Part shown: positions 30,874 to 42,392 of the stretch, piece after piece
How positions within the stretch are numbered: the first letter of the stretch is position 1
How the letters are laid out: the number at the start of each line of letters is the position of its first letter
Source of the DNA: Candidatus Poribacteria bacterium
GTDB lineage: Bacteria; Poribacteria; WGA-4E; WGA-3G
Length of the DNA: 64,000 nt
Reading direction: 5' to 3'
Assembly (NCBI GenBank): GCA_965242965.1
Contig: OZ251518.1
Coordinates: 2,752,001 to 2,816,000, forward strand
Notes under the pieces: model-generated
Database searches by the model: none
Told to the model about the DNA's origin: nothing
The model's input: the letters and a program-made list of their open reading frames with translations, nothing else
Position numbers and translations under genes: made by a program

Positions 30874-33800
30874 TCACTTCACCACCAACATCTTCCGCGT
30901 CGCTGTGAAATTGCCTGCAGTGAACGTGTAGAAATACACCCCACTTGCCACAGCCTCTCCCGCAGCGTTTCTGCCATCCCAATACGCCGCACGGCCGCGG
31001 ATATGATAGATGCCCGCCGGCTGATAGCCGAAATCTAACCTCCGAACCAACTGCCCATCGGCCGCATAGATAGAGACGCTGACTTCAGCAGGCACGGACA
31101 ATTGATACGGTATCCACGTCTCCGGGTTAAACGGATTCGGATAATTCGGCAAAAGTGCTGTATCCTTCGGCGTTAACACCGCCAAAAGGTAGTGGAGGAA
31201 GAGGACACCGCGCTGATATTTCGCATCGGTGCCGTTCGGTTGCATCGCCTGCGCCTGCGCAAGCCACTGTTGCACCATGGCCGCGGTCGGCGCGTGAGAC
31301 AGCTGCACCTCCACAGCCGGTGCCCCTGCTGCGCCACCCGCTAGCGCGCCAGCCACCAAAACCAGATCCGCGATGTTGACAAAGCCATCACCGTTGAGAT
31401 CTGCAGGATTCCCTGCATCCCGTTCCCCAAAACGGGCGGCGATAAACGTCAAATCCAGAATGTTCACGAGGCCATCGCCGTTGGCATCTTGCGAACCGAC
31501 AACGATGTTCAACTCCGGCGGCATCACATGGAGTGTATCACCAAAACGCGTCCCTGCCTGAAAGTTCTCCAGCGTCACCCGGCTGTTCCCTTTCCCGATG
31601 ACAGTGAAATTCACCGAGAGCAAGGTGCCGTGTGGAAACCCCTTGTCTCTGGAGAGTTGGACAGACTTTAACCCGATAATCTTACCGGTGCGATTCTCGA
31701 TGGTGCCCTCGTCAAAGAAGGTCGCGCCATCGTTCTGCTTCAGAAAATCGCCTTCGCTGACCTGGGTGGCTTCTAACACAGCGGGATTGAACGTCAAATC
31801 CGCTTGCCACCCCTTCAAATCGGTGACGTTTGCTGTATTCAACGAGAGCGTGAACGTATCTCCCACCTCAAACTCCGTTGCATCGGTGGAAAAGGAGAAG
31901 TTGAGACTCGGACGGAACAGGGTGTATATCGCGTCAGGGGCAAACCCAAAGAAGCCGCTAAACCCACCATGCCCACGGTTGTCAACGGCGACTAGCAAGG
32001 CGTTTTTCCCTTGCTTCAACGTGACAGGGAAGAAATCTTGGTAATCGCCAGCCCCACGGTGAACGAGTGCCTGGTGAACCAATTCACCGTTGAGCCAGAC
32101 TTTGACAGCATCATCGCTTCCCACGAACATCGTCGTCTGCTGTTCCTTCGGCGTATCTAAGAGGATAGAACCGTAGACGATATGGTCGTAGATTTCCTCA
32201 CGTCTTCCCCATCCGAGGGATGCAGTCATGTCATTGATATTGTCCCAACCGGTGGAGGAGAGTCTGTGGGCTCTCCATTTGCTCTCTCCGACGGCTTTGC
32301 CTTCCATTGCACCGGTAGTAGCCACCCTCAGTTCTGTTACGTCACCGCCACTGGCTCGTGCGAGAAAATCGGTGCGGCTATCCAGTCGTGTTCCGGGAAC
32401 GAGCACCCATAACCACGGCCCCGTGATTTTCGGGCCGCCTGATCGGTATCCAGGGTTTTCGGTGAGAATCACGTTCGTCTTCTCGCGTAACCCTTGCAAG
32501 GCAGAGAAGTCGGCTATCTTGTTGTTACGGAGGTTCAAATATTCCAAGTTGCGTAATTCAGCGAGTGGGGACACGTCCACTATTACGTTTGCTTGCAGCT
32601 CTAAACCCCTTAGATTGACGAGACGGGCGAGCGGGGATACATCAGCAATTTTGTGTCCATAAAGTTTCAAGGTTCTTACACTTGTTAAGCCACTCAACGG
32701 GGAAAGGTCTGATACCGAGCCTGAACCGATGTGAACAAAATCTAGGATCTTTAATCCAGCCAGCGGCGAGAGGTCTGATACGGGGCCTCCATGCATCACA
32801 ATCGATCTCAGTTTTCGCAATTTCGCCAGAGGTTTCAGGTCTGAGATACGCGTGTCGAAAGCTTCCAGTCTGCTTAGGCTGAGCATCCCGGAAATCGGCG
32901 AAATGTCGGAAACGGGATTCCCATTAATCCCTAACCCATCTAATTTCACTAAGCCGGAGAGTGGGGATAAGTCGGTTATCCGATTCTCCTCCAATCCTAA
33001 CCACCCCACGTTGATTAACTTTGCCAACGGGGACACGTCGGTTATCAGATTATCTCGCAACTTGATATTCCCCAGACGCGTGAGGTTTCGGAGCGGCGAG
33101 ATGTCCGTTATCAGATTGTGACGCAACTCCAGCAGCCCCAGATTCGTGGCGAATTCTAATCCTGTCAAATCACGAATGCCTTTGGAATCGGCGTGCAATT
33201 CCCTTAATCGCAGCATATCCTCCTGCGTGAGTTGGACATTTTGCGGTTTGCCGAGAGTCTTGTGAATCACTGCACGTAACTGCAGGTCTGGGATATGAAC
33301 CCCTGAAACCGTCGGTGTTCCATCGTCAACAGGAATGACGACAGGGTCCTCGGACAACAGTGCGGCAACGAGGGTGCTGAATTGCGATGTCCAAGTATCT
33401 CGTTGCACGCGCCCGGTTTCCAACAGGAGTGATTCCAATCCGAGGGTTTGCAATTTCCCCTCCCGAATCTCTCGTTGGAAAATAGGCGTTGCGTAACCGA
33501 CAGCGGCGGCAGCGTGCGCCGCATCTAGCGGCTCTTCAAACCGCTGATGGAACCGTTCTACCGGCTCAATGCCGCCGAAGATACCGCCAGCCGCTTCCAA
33601 TGCCGTTTGGAACCGTTGCATATCCTCCGCCACAAGTCCGTCCATAACTGCTTGTTCAACATAGAGCCTGAGTGCTTGTTCGATATCATAAGGCGGATTC
33701 ACTTGTTGCTGCTGTTGCTCAATCACTGCCCGAACGCCGTCCTTAAACGCCTTCATTCCTTCGGTGTGGCACCCGATACAGGACAACCCGTTGTGAACCA

Positions 33801-34983
33801 CCGGATCTCGGGCCGCCGGGTTCGAGACAATGTCCACTGGTGCTTCATCCAGCCGCGTGCCTGCCGCCGTGACAAGGAAATAAGCCTGTAAGCCGTTCGG
33901 CAAATTGAAGATAATCTCGCCGCCATCATGATTGAACGAAAGTGGGTGCGTGAAGACGTTCTGATTGCCGACATTCCCTGCAAAGTCGTAGGATTTCCAA
34001 TACGCGCCATACTGCGAGCGGTGTCGTTCCACGACGCGGTTATTCTGCGAGACGCGGGATTCATTGAACCCGGCGCGCCAGACGCGCACACCGGGAGCAT
34101 CCTGGAGATTGCGTGCCACGTTCACCCCCAAGCGCGTTTCCAACTCGCGGGCTGTCTCGGGCAAATCGAGGATGTCGTGATAAAGCGGCGGCAAGGAAGC
34201 AGTCGCCAGGAACCAGTCCACCTGCACAAACGGCACCGCGCAGTCCATCTCTTGCTGCAGCGTTTCATAAACCGTTGGATTAGCGTAATCAAACGCGTAG
34301 GGATAGACATCCTCTATCTGTGTCCATGCCTCGGTGAGATCCCATTCGTAAGCGCGCAAATCAATGTAGAAAAGCGTTTCGGCTGCGTCAATGGGCTCCG
34401 GCTTAAGAATCTCGGCTCCCCATGAGAGGCTGTTAATCAGTTTAGAAAGCGCGCGACGATAGGCATCAAGTATCTCGTCGGTTTCACCGGCGTTGTAGAG
34501 ATGCGTCATTGTGAAATAGCGCGCGAAGGGCCGGTTAAACGGCGTGAGCTCCTTCACATGCCGTTCAATAGCGGTGAGCATTGCATCCGGCGTGATGAGG
34601 TCGCGTTGCGGGGGGGAGCCTACCCAATTGGGTGCCCCCACTTCAATCCAGCGGCGCACGATACTGAGTTCCACATCGGTGAGCGGCGGCTTGTTTAACG
34701 GCATTCTGGTCCCGCCGGCGTTGTCGCTGAGGAGCCGCTTGTAAAACTCCGATGCATCCGCATCGCCGGGGACGACTGTCCCAGAAGCCATCAAGATGTC
34801 ATGAGGGTCCACAGTCAGCACGTCCGCATGGACGCGATTTGCGCCGTGGCAGTCAATACAGTGTTGCTCAAAGATGGCGCGCGTATGAAGTGCCAGCGGC
34901 TGTTGCGCGTTCGCACTAACGCAGACAACGGCTAGCACGCTGACGGTTAAAACAGTTAACGTAAGATATTTGAAGTTTTTCAT
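30874..34983 (-). CDS. Secreted c-type cytochrome / LRR / cohesin / dockerin-like protein with FlgD/T9SS-like C-terminal domain
   Basis: Signal peptide; CIDCH with VVPGDADASEFYKR..RMP (planctomycete cytochrome c-like) and CIGCH; internalin-type LRRs; GSDDAVKVWLNG; FEVGDTFT..WQADLTFNPAVLE (cohesin); DANGDGLVNILDL; LLPNYPNPFNPETWIPY. Confidence 0.85.
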   Translation of the reverse strand: MKNFKYLTLTVLTVSVLAVVCVSANAQQPLALHTRAIFEQHCIDCHGANRVHADVLTVDPHDILMASGTVVPGDADASEFYKRLLSDNAGGTRMPLNKPPLTDVELSIVRRWIEVGAPNWVGSPPQRDLITPDAMLTAIERHVKELTPFNRPFARYFTMTHLYNAGETDEILDAYRRALSKLINSLSWGAEILKPEPIDAAETLFYIDLRAYEWDLTEAWTQIEDVYPYAFDYANPTVYETLQQEMDCAVPFVQVDWFLATASLPPLYHDILDLPETARELETRLGVNVARNLQDAPGVRVWRAGFNESRVSQNNRVVERHRSQYGAYWKSYDFAGNVGNQNVFTHPLSFNHDGGEIIFNLPNGLQAYFLVTAAGTRLDEAPVDIVSNPAARDPVVHNGLSCIGCHTEGMKAFKDGVRAVIEQQQQQVNPPYDIEQALRLYVEQAVMDGLVAEDMQRFQTALEAAGGIFGGIEPVERFHQRFEEPLDAAHAAAAVGYATPIFQREIREGKLQTLGLESLLLETGRVQRDTWTSQFSTLVAALLSEDPVVIPVDDGTPTVSGVHIPDLQLRAVIHKTLGKPQNVQLTQEDMLRLRELHADSKGIRDLTGLEFATNLGLLELRHNLITDISPLRNLTRLGNIKLRDNLITDVSPLAKLINVGWLGLEENRITDLSPLSGLVKLDGLGINGNPVSDISPISGMLSLSRLEAFDTRISDLKPLAKLRKLRSIVMHGGPVSDLSPLAGLKILDFVHIGSGSVSDLSPLSGLTSVRTLKLYGHKIADVSPLARLVNLRGLELQANVIVDVSPLAELRNLEYLNLRNNKIADFSALQGLREKTNVILTENPGYRSGGPKITGPWLWVLVPGTRLDSRTDFLARASGGDVTELRVATTGAMEGKAVGESKWRAHRLSSTGWDNINDMTASLGWGRREEIYDHIVYGSILLDTPKEQQTTMFVGSDDAVKVWLNGELVHQALVHRGAGDYQDFFPVTLKQGKNALLVAVDNRGHGGFSGFFGFAPDAIYTLFRPSLNFSFSTDATEFEVGDTFTLSLNTANVTDLKGWQADLTFNPAVLEATQVSEGDFLKQNDGATFFDEGTIENRTGKIIGLKSVQLSRDKGFPHGTLLSVNFTVIGKGNSRVTLENFQAGTRFGDTLHVMPPELNIVVGSQDANGDGLVNILDLTFIAARFGERDAGNPADLNGDGFVNIADLVLVAGALAGGAAGAPAVEVQLSHAPTAAMVQQWLAQAQAMQPNGTDAKYQRGVLFLHYLLAVLTPKDTALLPNYPNPFNPETWIPYQLSVPAEVSVSIYAADGQLVRRLDFGYQPAGIYHIRGRAAYWDGRNAAGEAVASGVYFYTFTAGNFTATRKMLVVK

Positions 34984-35062
34984 TGAAAAGTTCCTTTTAT
35001 CTCAAAGCGGTTGGGCTCGGGCTGCGCCGCAGAAAACCCAACCTTGGTGTTCATAATTATTT

Positions 35063-35499
35063 GAGGATGTTTCGTAAATCCGTGTCGGAGATCTCTTCCA
35101 GCCTCGATGCAAGCAATGTCCCTGTAGGAGAGACCTCCTGGTCTCGCTCTTAGGTCCGTAGGACCTTAATGTCTATAGCACGCGCAGACGCGAAGAATGC
35201 TAAGGTCCTTTAGGTCCTTAATAGTTTTTGCCAGGGCCGCGCGTGTTTTATTAAGCTCTGTAGGTCAGGATCGCCTGATCCTGACCTGTTTGTGATCAGG
35301 CGATCACAAACTACAGAGGGGAAACACACCTCTTGACGATGGAGATCGCGGGGGACAGGCCCCCGCGCTACGGGCGGAGAAAGCCCTAGAGAAAATCGAG
35401 ACCCGAGGTCTCTCTTACCGGGAAGACATCAAGACCCGGCGGGCTTTCCTACCCCAGGAGGACTCCCCTACCGAACGCATCGAAATATGAAACCCACTC
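35063..35499. mobile_element. MITE-like element with REP cargo (copy D)
   Basis: TIRs GAGGATGTTTCGTA / TATGAAACCCACTC flanked by direct repeat AATTATTT (35055-35062 and 35500-35507). Confidence 0.75.
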
Positions 35500-35501
35500 A
35501 A

Positions 35502-37967
35502 TTATTTGCTTATCAGCATCTTCCGCGTCGCCGTGAAATCGCCCGTGGTGAGCGTATAGAAATAGATGCCGCTCGCAACCGGTTCACCGAGTTCGTTTCT
35601 CCCATCCCAGTACGCCGCACGATGCCGCGCTTCATACCGCCCGAGGGCTCGATGCCCTAACGTTAACGTCCGAACTAAAGTGCCATCAACAGCATAGAGC
35701 CGCACCGTCACCTGCGCCGGTTCAGAAAGATGATACGGTATCCACGTCTCCGGATTAAACGGATTCGGGTAGTTCGGTAGCAAGGCTGTCTGTGCCGGAC
35801 GCAGCCGGGAGAGAAGCCGTTGGAGGTTAACGATGCCTTTGTAGAACGCAGCTGTCCCGTCGTGGACTGCCTGCGCTTGTGCAATCCATATCTCAAGCGC
35901 GGCTGGCGTAATAGCCGAGGGTGCGGCGGCTCCCGCTAATTCGTCAATACTTTCTGCGACAAGCCCCAGGTCCAACTCACTCACTTTTCCATCGCCGTTG
36001 ATATCCGTGCGCGGGTTAACGAGTTTTTTGGTGCCTAATTCGCGTGCCACGAGAATCAGATCGAGAATGCTCACCTGTCCATCTGAATTCACATCTGCCA
36101 CAAGTGGCGGGTCGCGCACAATAATAGGGCGGCTTTGCGGTGGGAGCACCGTCCAATCCGTGCCGCCTTCAAATCCAAAAAAGCCGCTCCACCAACCCCT
36201 GTCCTCGTAAACCGCAACCAATAAAACGTTTGTCCCCTGACGCAGCGTAACGGCGACATCCTCCTGATACCCTTCCGATATCCTATCTACAGGATTGTTG
36301 TGAACCAATCGTCCGTTGAGCCATACCTTGACTGCCCCATCGCTTCCCACAAACAGCCGTGTCTGCTGCGTGCGCGGTGCATCCAAGGTTAACGAACCGT
36401 AAGCCACGTGAAAATCGACGTTGTCTCTTCCGAGCCCGGCGGCGTTCACTACGTCATTGATGTTATTGCCGCCTCTGGCAGCCAGTCTCCCGGCTGTCCA
36501 GACTTTCTCCCCTACAGGCTCTCCCGCTATCGCTCCTTCATCTGCAATTTGCGGCTCGGTTACCGCGCCGTCGCTCATTTGAGAGAGAAAATCGATGTCG
36601 GAAGAAGCGGCAGCTGGTGCTAACATCCTCCCCGTCGGAGCGATAATCCACAGCCACGGCCCTGCGATGTGCTTCGGCGTGGCGCGCGTGGCACCGGGGT
36701 TGTCGTGCCGAATGATAGCGACGCGCCGCGAAAACGCAGACAACGGCGAAAAATCCGATATCGCGTTGTCCTCCAAGTTGATAGATTGCACATTGGGTAA
36801 GGCTGCGAGCGGCGTGACATCCGATACCTCGTTGTGCTTCAGACTCAGGTGCGTCAATCCTGTTAAACTCGCCAACGGCGAAATATCCCTGATGTCGTTG
36901 TCAACAAGATAAAGTTCTCTTAATCCGGTAAGTCCTTCCAAGGGCCCGAGGTCAGATATGTTTGCACCACAGATATCTAACTCTCTTAGCCGTGGCAAGT
37001 CGGCAAAACCGGTGAGGCTGTAAATCGGCGTGCCCCACGAGCGAAAACGTTCCAAGCGTTCCAAACCCGCCAATGGTGCCGAGTCGAATCCCACGTTGTC
37101 GCTTATCCACAAGCCTATCAGATTTTTGAGATTCGCGAGGGGTGTGATGTCCGATATCACGTTATTGCTGAGCTCAAGCCTTCCCAAGTTGGTTAAATTC
37201 GCGAGGGGTGTGATGTCGGCTATCAAATTCCCTTCCAGTCCTAGGTGCCACAATCCGGTTAAACTGGCGAGTGGCGTGATGTCGGATAGCGCGTTGCGCC
37301 GCAAACCTAAATGTCCCAATCCGGTTAATTCAGCGAGCGGCGTGATGTCCGATATGGTATTGTCACTAAGCCCCAGTTCTACCAAGCCACTCAACCCGGC
37401 GAGCGGCGAGACATCCACTATCGCGCATTCGTCCAGCCATAACTCGCGCAGGTGGTTCATTCCCGAAATCGGAGTCAAATCGGACACTGGATTGCCGCTG
37501 AGGCCGACTCCATCTAACTTGCCGATGCTGGCGATGGGTGTTAAGTCGGTAATCGCGTTCCACTCGAGCCCGAGCCACTCAACGTTGACAAGTTGTGCGA
37601 GCGGTGTGATGTCGGATATCTCGTTGTCGTTCAGCTTGATATTATCCAGCGCGAAGAGCCCTGCCAGCGGCCCGAGGTCGGATATTGCGTTGCGGCGTAG
37701 CTCCAGCCGTTCCAGATTGACAGCGAATTCCAAACCAGTCAAGTCGCGAATCTTCCTGCCATCGGCATCAAGCCGGTGTAGTCTCGCCATGTCCTCGCGT
37801 GTGATTTGCTCGCCTTTCTCCTTGTCGAGGTGTGCTGCAATAGCGGCGCGGAGGTTCGCGTCGGGGATGTTCACCACTTGCGATTCTGCGTGCGGCGGCA
37901 TCCAAAGCACCATCGCGCATCCAATGAGTGTAGAAGCGAATATACGGAAAGTTTTCAGTAGTTTCAT
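35502..37967 (-). CDS. Secreted internalin-like LRR protein with dockerin-like and FlgD/T9SS-like C-terminal domains
   Basis: VNIPDANLRAAI cap; 22-aa LRRs (N.ISDITPLA.L..L..L.L); DVNSDGQVSILDL; LLPNYPNPFNPETWIPY. Confidence 0.9.
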   Translation of the reverse strand: MKLLKTFRIFASTLIGCAMVLWMPPHAESQVVNIPDANLRAAIAAHLDKEKGEQITREDMARLHRLDADGRKIRDLTGLEFAVNLERLELRRNAISDLGPLAGLFALDNIKLNDNEISDITPLAQLVNVEWLGLEWNAITDLTPIASIGKLDGVGLSGNPVSDLTPISGMNHLRELWLDECAIVDVSPLAGLSGLVELGLSDNTISDITPLAELTGLGHLGLRRNALSDITPLASLTGLWHLGLEGNLIADITPLANLTNLGRLELSNNVISDITPLANLKNLIGLWISDNVGFDSAPLAGLERLERFRSWGTPIYSLTGFADLPRLRELDICGANISDLGPLEGLTGLRELYLVDNDIRDISPLASLTGLTHLSLKHNEVSDVTPLAALPNVQSINLEDNAISDFSPLSAFSRRVAIIRHDNPGATRATPKHIAGPWLWIIAPTGRMLAPAAASSDIDFLSQMSDGAVTEPQIADEGAIAGEPVGEKVWTAGRLAARGGNNINDVVNAAGLGRDNVDFHVAYGSLTLDAPRTQQTRLFVGSDGAVKVWLNGRLVHNNPVDRISEGYQEDVAVTLRQGTNVLLVAVYEDRGWWSGFFGFEGGTDWTVLPPQSRPIIVRDPPLVADVNSDGQVSILDLILVARELGTKKLVNPRTDINGDGKVSELDLGLVAESIDELAGAAAPSAITPAALEIWIAQAQAVHDGTAAFYKGIVNLQRLLSRLRPAQTALLPNYPNPFNPETWIPYHLSEPAQVTVRLYAVDGTLVRTLTLGHRALGRYEARHRAAYWDGRNELGEPVASGIYFYTLTTGDFTATRKMLISK

Positions 37968-38089
37968 TCAGTTTTATCTCCGCTTGTGTTAAGAAATGCC
38001 CACTGTTTTGTCCCTGCACGTTGAGGGACAAGTTTCCCTCGTCCTACGGGTGTGAGTGTTCAGTGGGAAAAAGATTCAATCTGATGTTC

Positions 38090-38118
38090 ATTTTACGCAA
38101 TTTATGTGTAAATGTCAA
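38090..38118 (-). promoter_or_regulatory. sigma70 promoter for the LRR genes
   Basis: TTGACA-17-TAAAAT on the minus strand. Confidence 0.65.
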
Positions 38119-38502
38119 GTTTTTTAAAGAACACCGCCGTTTTCCCGTAGCGCGTGGGCCCTCGGATGCCATACGCGCATCCGAGCGGGTTTCCCTCGCG
38201 ATCGGGGCACGGCGAGGGACAGGCCCTCGCCCTACGGTAAAGGGAGCCGTTTTGGATACCGTAGCGCGGGGGCCTGTCCCCCGCGAACGTCCGGTAGACC
38301 GCAGCATGGCGAGGGACAGGCCCTCGCCCTACGGTAAGCGAGGCCGTTCTGGATACCGTAGCGCGGGGGCCTGTCCCCCGCGATCGTTGCATGGCGAGGG
38401 ACAGGCCCTCGCCCTACGGTAAAGGGGCGGCGTTTTTTCTTGCAATTTATCTTCATTTACGTTAAAATACTCATAACCCAATCAAAATACGGAGGAAAAA
38501 CA

Positions 38503-41500
38503 ATGCTCAACATCAAACCCACACACAAACCCATAAAAAACTACTACGCTGAACTTGGACGCTATGCAAAACTCGGCGCGCAACATGAAGGTGCCGTCCG
38601 CGTCGCCTTCCAAAACCTGTTGCAACATTACGCAACACTGCGCAATCTCACGCTGATATGCGAAAAAACCCGCACCACACCCAACGGCAACCACATCCGC
38701 ATCGATGGCGAAATCGTCACCGACTTCGGACTCATCTTCGGCCACTGGGAGGCGAAAGATCTCCTCGATAACCTCCCCACCGAAGCGCAACAGAAATTTG
38801 CCACCGGCTACCCCGCCAAAAACATCATCTTCCAAACGCCGCACCGCGCCATACTCTACCAAAACGGCGCGCTTATCTTGGATGTAGACATCACCGAGCC
38901 GCGCAATCTCATCCAACTCCTTGAAACCTTCTTCGCCTACACGGAGGAAAATCTCGCCGAATGGGATGCCGCTGTCAACACATTCCAAGATACCATCCCC
39001 CAACTCGGCGCGAAATTGGAGGCACTCATCCAAACCGAACGCCAGAATACCCCCGAATTCCGCGAGGCGTTCGCGAATTTCCATCAGCAGTGCCGAGACG
39101 CGATCAACCCCAACCTCGCCGAGGCGGAAGTTGAACGGATGCTCGCGCAACATCTCATGACTGAGCGCATCTTCCGCACCGTCTTCAACAATCCCGATTT
39201 CACTCACCGCAATATCATCGCCCGCGAAATCGAGAAAGTTGTGCGCGTGCTAACCCAACATGCGTTTGACAGGCATCAGTTCCTCCAAAGTCTCAATCCG
39301 TTTTACACCGCGGTTGAACGAACGGCGGCGAACCTCACCGATTTCTCGCAGAAGCAAGATTTCCTCAACACCCTTTACCAACGCTTCTTCCAAGACTTTT
39401 CTGTCAAGGATGCCGATAGACACGGCGTTGTCTACACCCCGCAACCTATCGTCGATTTCATGGTGAATAGCGTCCAACATCTCCTGAAAACCCACTTCGG
39501 CAAATCGCTGTCCGATGCAGGGGTTCATATCATCGATCCCTTCGTCGGCACCGGCAATTTCATCGTGCGGCTGATGCAGGACATCCCCGGCATCGCGCTG
39601 GACAAAAAATATAAAGGTGAGCTCCACTGCAACGAGGTGATGCTTTTGCCTTACTACATCGCCACGATGAACATCGAACACGCCTATTATGAAAAAATGG
39701 GGCGATACGAACCTTTCAAGCACATCTGTTTCGTTGACACGTTCGATACCTTTGGGCTCATGGACGCGCCAAACCAGACCGGGGAATTCGCCTATTTTAC
39801 GCCGGAGAATACGATGCGCGTTCGAGAGCAGAAGGAAACACCGATGTTCGTCGTCATCGGCAATCCGCCCTATAACGCGAGTCAGTCAAACGAGAATGAT
39901 AACAACAAGAACAGACCGCATGAGGCTGTCGACAACCGTGTGCGCGCCACTTACGTCGCCGCCTCCACGGCGCAGCTGAACAATAAGGTCTACGATCCTT
40001 ATGTGAAATCCCTCCGGTGGGCATCGGATAAAATCGGGCCAGAAGGCATGATCGCTTTCGTCACGAACAACGGTTTTATTGATGGCAGGATGTTTGATGG
40101 ACTGCGGCAATGTCTCGCCGAGGAATTTGACGTGCTCCACATTCTGGACCTCGGTGGCAACATGCGCAAGGGACAACCCGGCAACGCCAATGTGTTCGGC
40201 ATTACCGTCGGGGTGAGCATTAATCTCTTGGTGAAGACAAAGGGCCCTCGGCAAGGGCCTGCGCGCATTCTCTATAGCGATGCGGCGGCGGCACTCCCGA
40301 AAGAACGCACCTTCCAATTTTTGGCAGAGAACGCACACGTCGGTAATCTGAAATGGCGCGAGATTCAACCGAACGCGCGCCACATGTGGCTCACTGACGG
40401 ATTTGCAGCCGATTTTAACACGTTCATCCCGATGGGCAGCAAAGCCGCAAAATCGGCGAAAGGCGCAGTAGAAGGCACACTCTTTAAAACTTTCAGTCTC
40501 GGTGTTTCCACGAGCCGCGATGCATGGGTTTACAATTTCAGTCAGGAAAAGTTGACAGAAAACATGACGCGGATGATGGACAACTACAATAGTGAAGTAG
40601 CCCGATGGGAGAGACGGCACAACCGAGGCATCAACGTCAAGGATTTCGTGGATACCGACAAAACGAAGGTGAAGTGGAGCCGAAGTCTCATGTCCCAGTT
40701 GAGGCAGGGCAAACTCGCTGCGTTTTCGCCGGAAAAAGTCCGCACGTCACTTTACCGGCCGTTTACGAAATCGTGTCTCTACTTCGATCGGACGATGAAC
40801 GAGTGCGTCTATGTAATGCCATCCATCTTCCCGACACCGGAAACCGAACAGGAAAATCGCGTGTTATGTGTCAATCTGACACAGGAAAGACCTTTTACTT
40901 GTCTGATGGCCAACTGCATTCCGTCAAGTATTATGGCAGGTGGATTCGGTTCTCCGACGCAGTGCTTCCCCTTCTACACCTACGACGAGGATGGCACCAA
41001 CCGCCGAGAAAACATCACCGACTGGGCATTATCCCACTTCCGCACGCATTACGCCGACGAAACCATCACCAAATGGGACATTTTCCACTACAATTACGCG
41101 CTCCTGCATCATCCAGAATACCGCGAGACGTATCAAGTCAACCTCAAGCACGACTTGCCGCATCTCCCCTTCGCCCCGGATTTCTGGGGGTTTGTGAACA
41201 TCGGGCGCGCTTTGGCGGACATGCATGTCAATTATGAAACCCTTGACGTGATGCCAAACCTCATTGAAACCCCGCCGCTCAATTGGCGCGTGGAGAAGAT
41301 GGAATTATCCAAAGACAAGACGGAACTCCGCTATAATGAATCCTTGACGGTGGTGGATATCCCTCCCGAAGTGTTGAGTATCGTTTAGGCACGCGTTCTG
41401 CGTTAGAGTGGCTCATCGATCGGTATCGCGTCAAACCCGATCCGAATGGGAGTGGTCTTGTCTCGGATCCGAATGGTGAAGATGGGCAATATATCGTTCG

Positions 41501-41573
41501 GTTGGTCGGGCAAGTGATGCATGTGAGTGAAGAGACGGTGCGGTTGGTTGGGGAGTTGCCGCGCCTCACGTAG
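38503..41573 (+). CDS. Type IIG/ISP-like fused restriction endonuclease and N6-adenine methyltransferase, with apparent frameshift near 41375
   Basis: RIDG..WEAKD nuclease motif; GVVYTPQPIVDF, DPFVGTGNF, IGNPPY; LYRPF, DIFHYNYALLHHPEYR (type ISP C-terminal region). The conserved tail EYRLGTRSALEWLIDRY continues in another frame to TAG 41573. Confidence 0.82.
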
Positions 41574-41891
41574 GGCGAGGGCCTGTCCCTCGCCATGCTT
41601 CCAGAAGGCATCGGGCCCATCTCTGTAGTTCGGGAGCGCCTGCTCCCGAACGGGTCAGGATCAGGCACTCCTGACCTACAGGGGTGAGGCGGTCTGACTC
41701 TCCTACGGCGCGCGATCGGCCGTTCGCGGGGGAATCGAGACCGGGAGGTCTCTCCTACGGGACGCTCGCGGGGGCCTGTCCCCCGCGCTACGGGAACCGG
41801 ACGGTGTTTCATAACTCTGTAGTTCGGGAGCGCCTGCTCCCGAACGGGTCAGAATCAGGCGATCCTGAACTACAGAGGTGAGATTTGCATC

Positions 41892-42392
41892 TTATAGAAA
41901 TTTTTCCAGATACACCGCATCATAGAAGCACCCATCAAGTTTGACATGTTTTTTGGCGATGCCGACTTTCTCAAAGCCGAGTTTGCCATAAAACCGGAGA
42001 GCCCGCGCATTATGTGCCAAAACCTGAATGGCGAGCTTCACGTAACCGTTATCCCGCGCAAATGCAAAAGAGGCTTCCGCGAGACGCTGCCCAATTTGAT
42101 ACCCGCGAAAATCAGCGCGAACCCACGTTCCCACCGTGCCAACGTGCCGCATCGAATCGGTATAGTCGGCTAACCCATCGGGCTCAATGACTTGGACACC
42201 GGCGATTTCCGCATCAACTTCGGCGACGAACATAGCACTCCGCGCCCCTAAACCGGAGATGAACGCGTGCTCCTCTGCCGCCGTAAACGGATTCGTTAGC
42301 GCAGTCCATCGTCCTTCCAGAATAACGGCGTTCATCACGGAGACAACCGCCTCTGCGTCGTCAGGGGTCGCTTTTCTGATTAAGGCATCCAT
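41892..42392 (-). CDS. GNAT-family acetyltransferase
   Basis: IRKATPDDA, FRGYQIG, NARALRFYGKLGF. Confidence 0.88.
   Translation of the reverse strand: MDALIRKATPDDAEAVVSVMNAVILEGRWTALTNPFTAAEEHAFISGLGARSAMFVAEVDAEIAGVQVIEPDGLADYTDSMRHVGTVGTWVRADFRGYQIGQRLAEASFAFARDNGYVKLAIQVLAHNARALRFYGKLGFEKVGIAKKHVKLDGCFYDAVYLEKFL

Noticed and set aside
37030-37992. 320-aa plus-strand ORF (and 62445..63683 on the minus strand)
   Set aside because: Antisense shadows of the repetitive LRR and flotillin genes.
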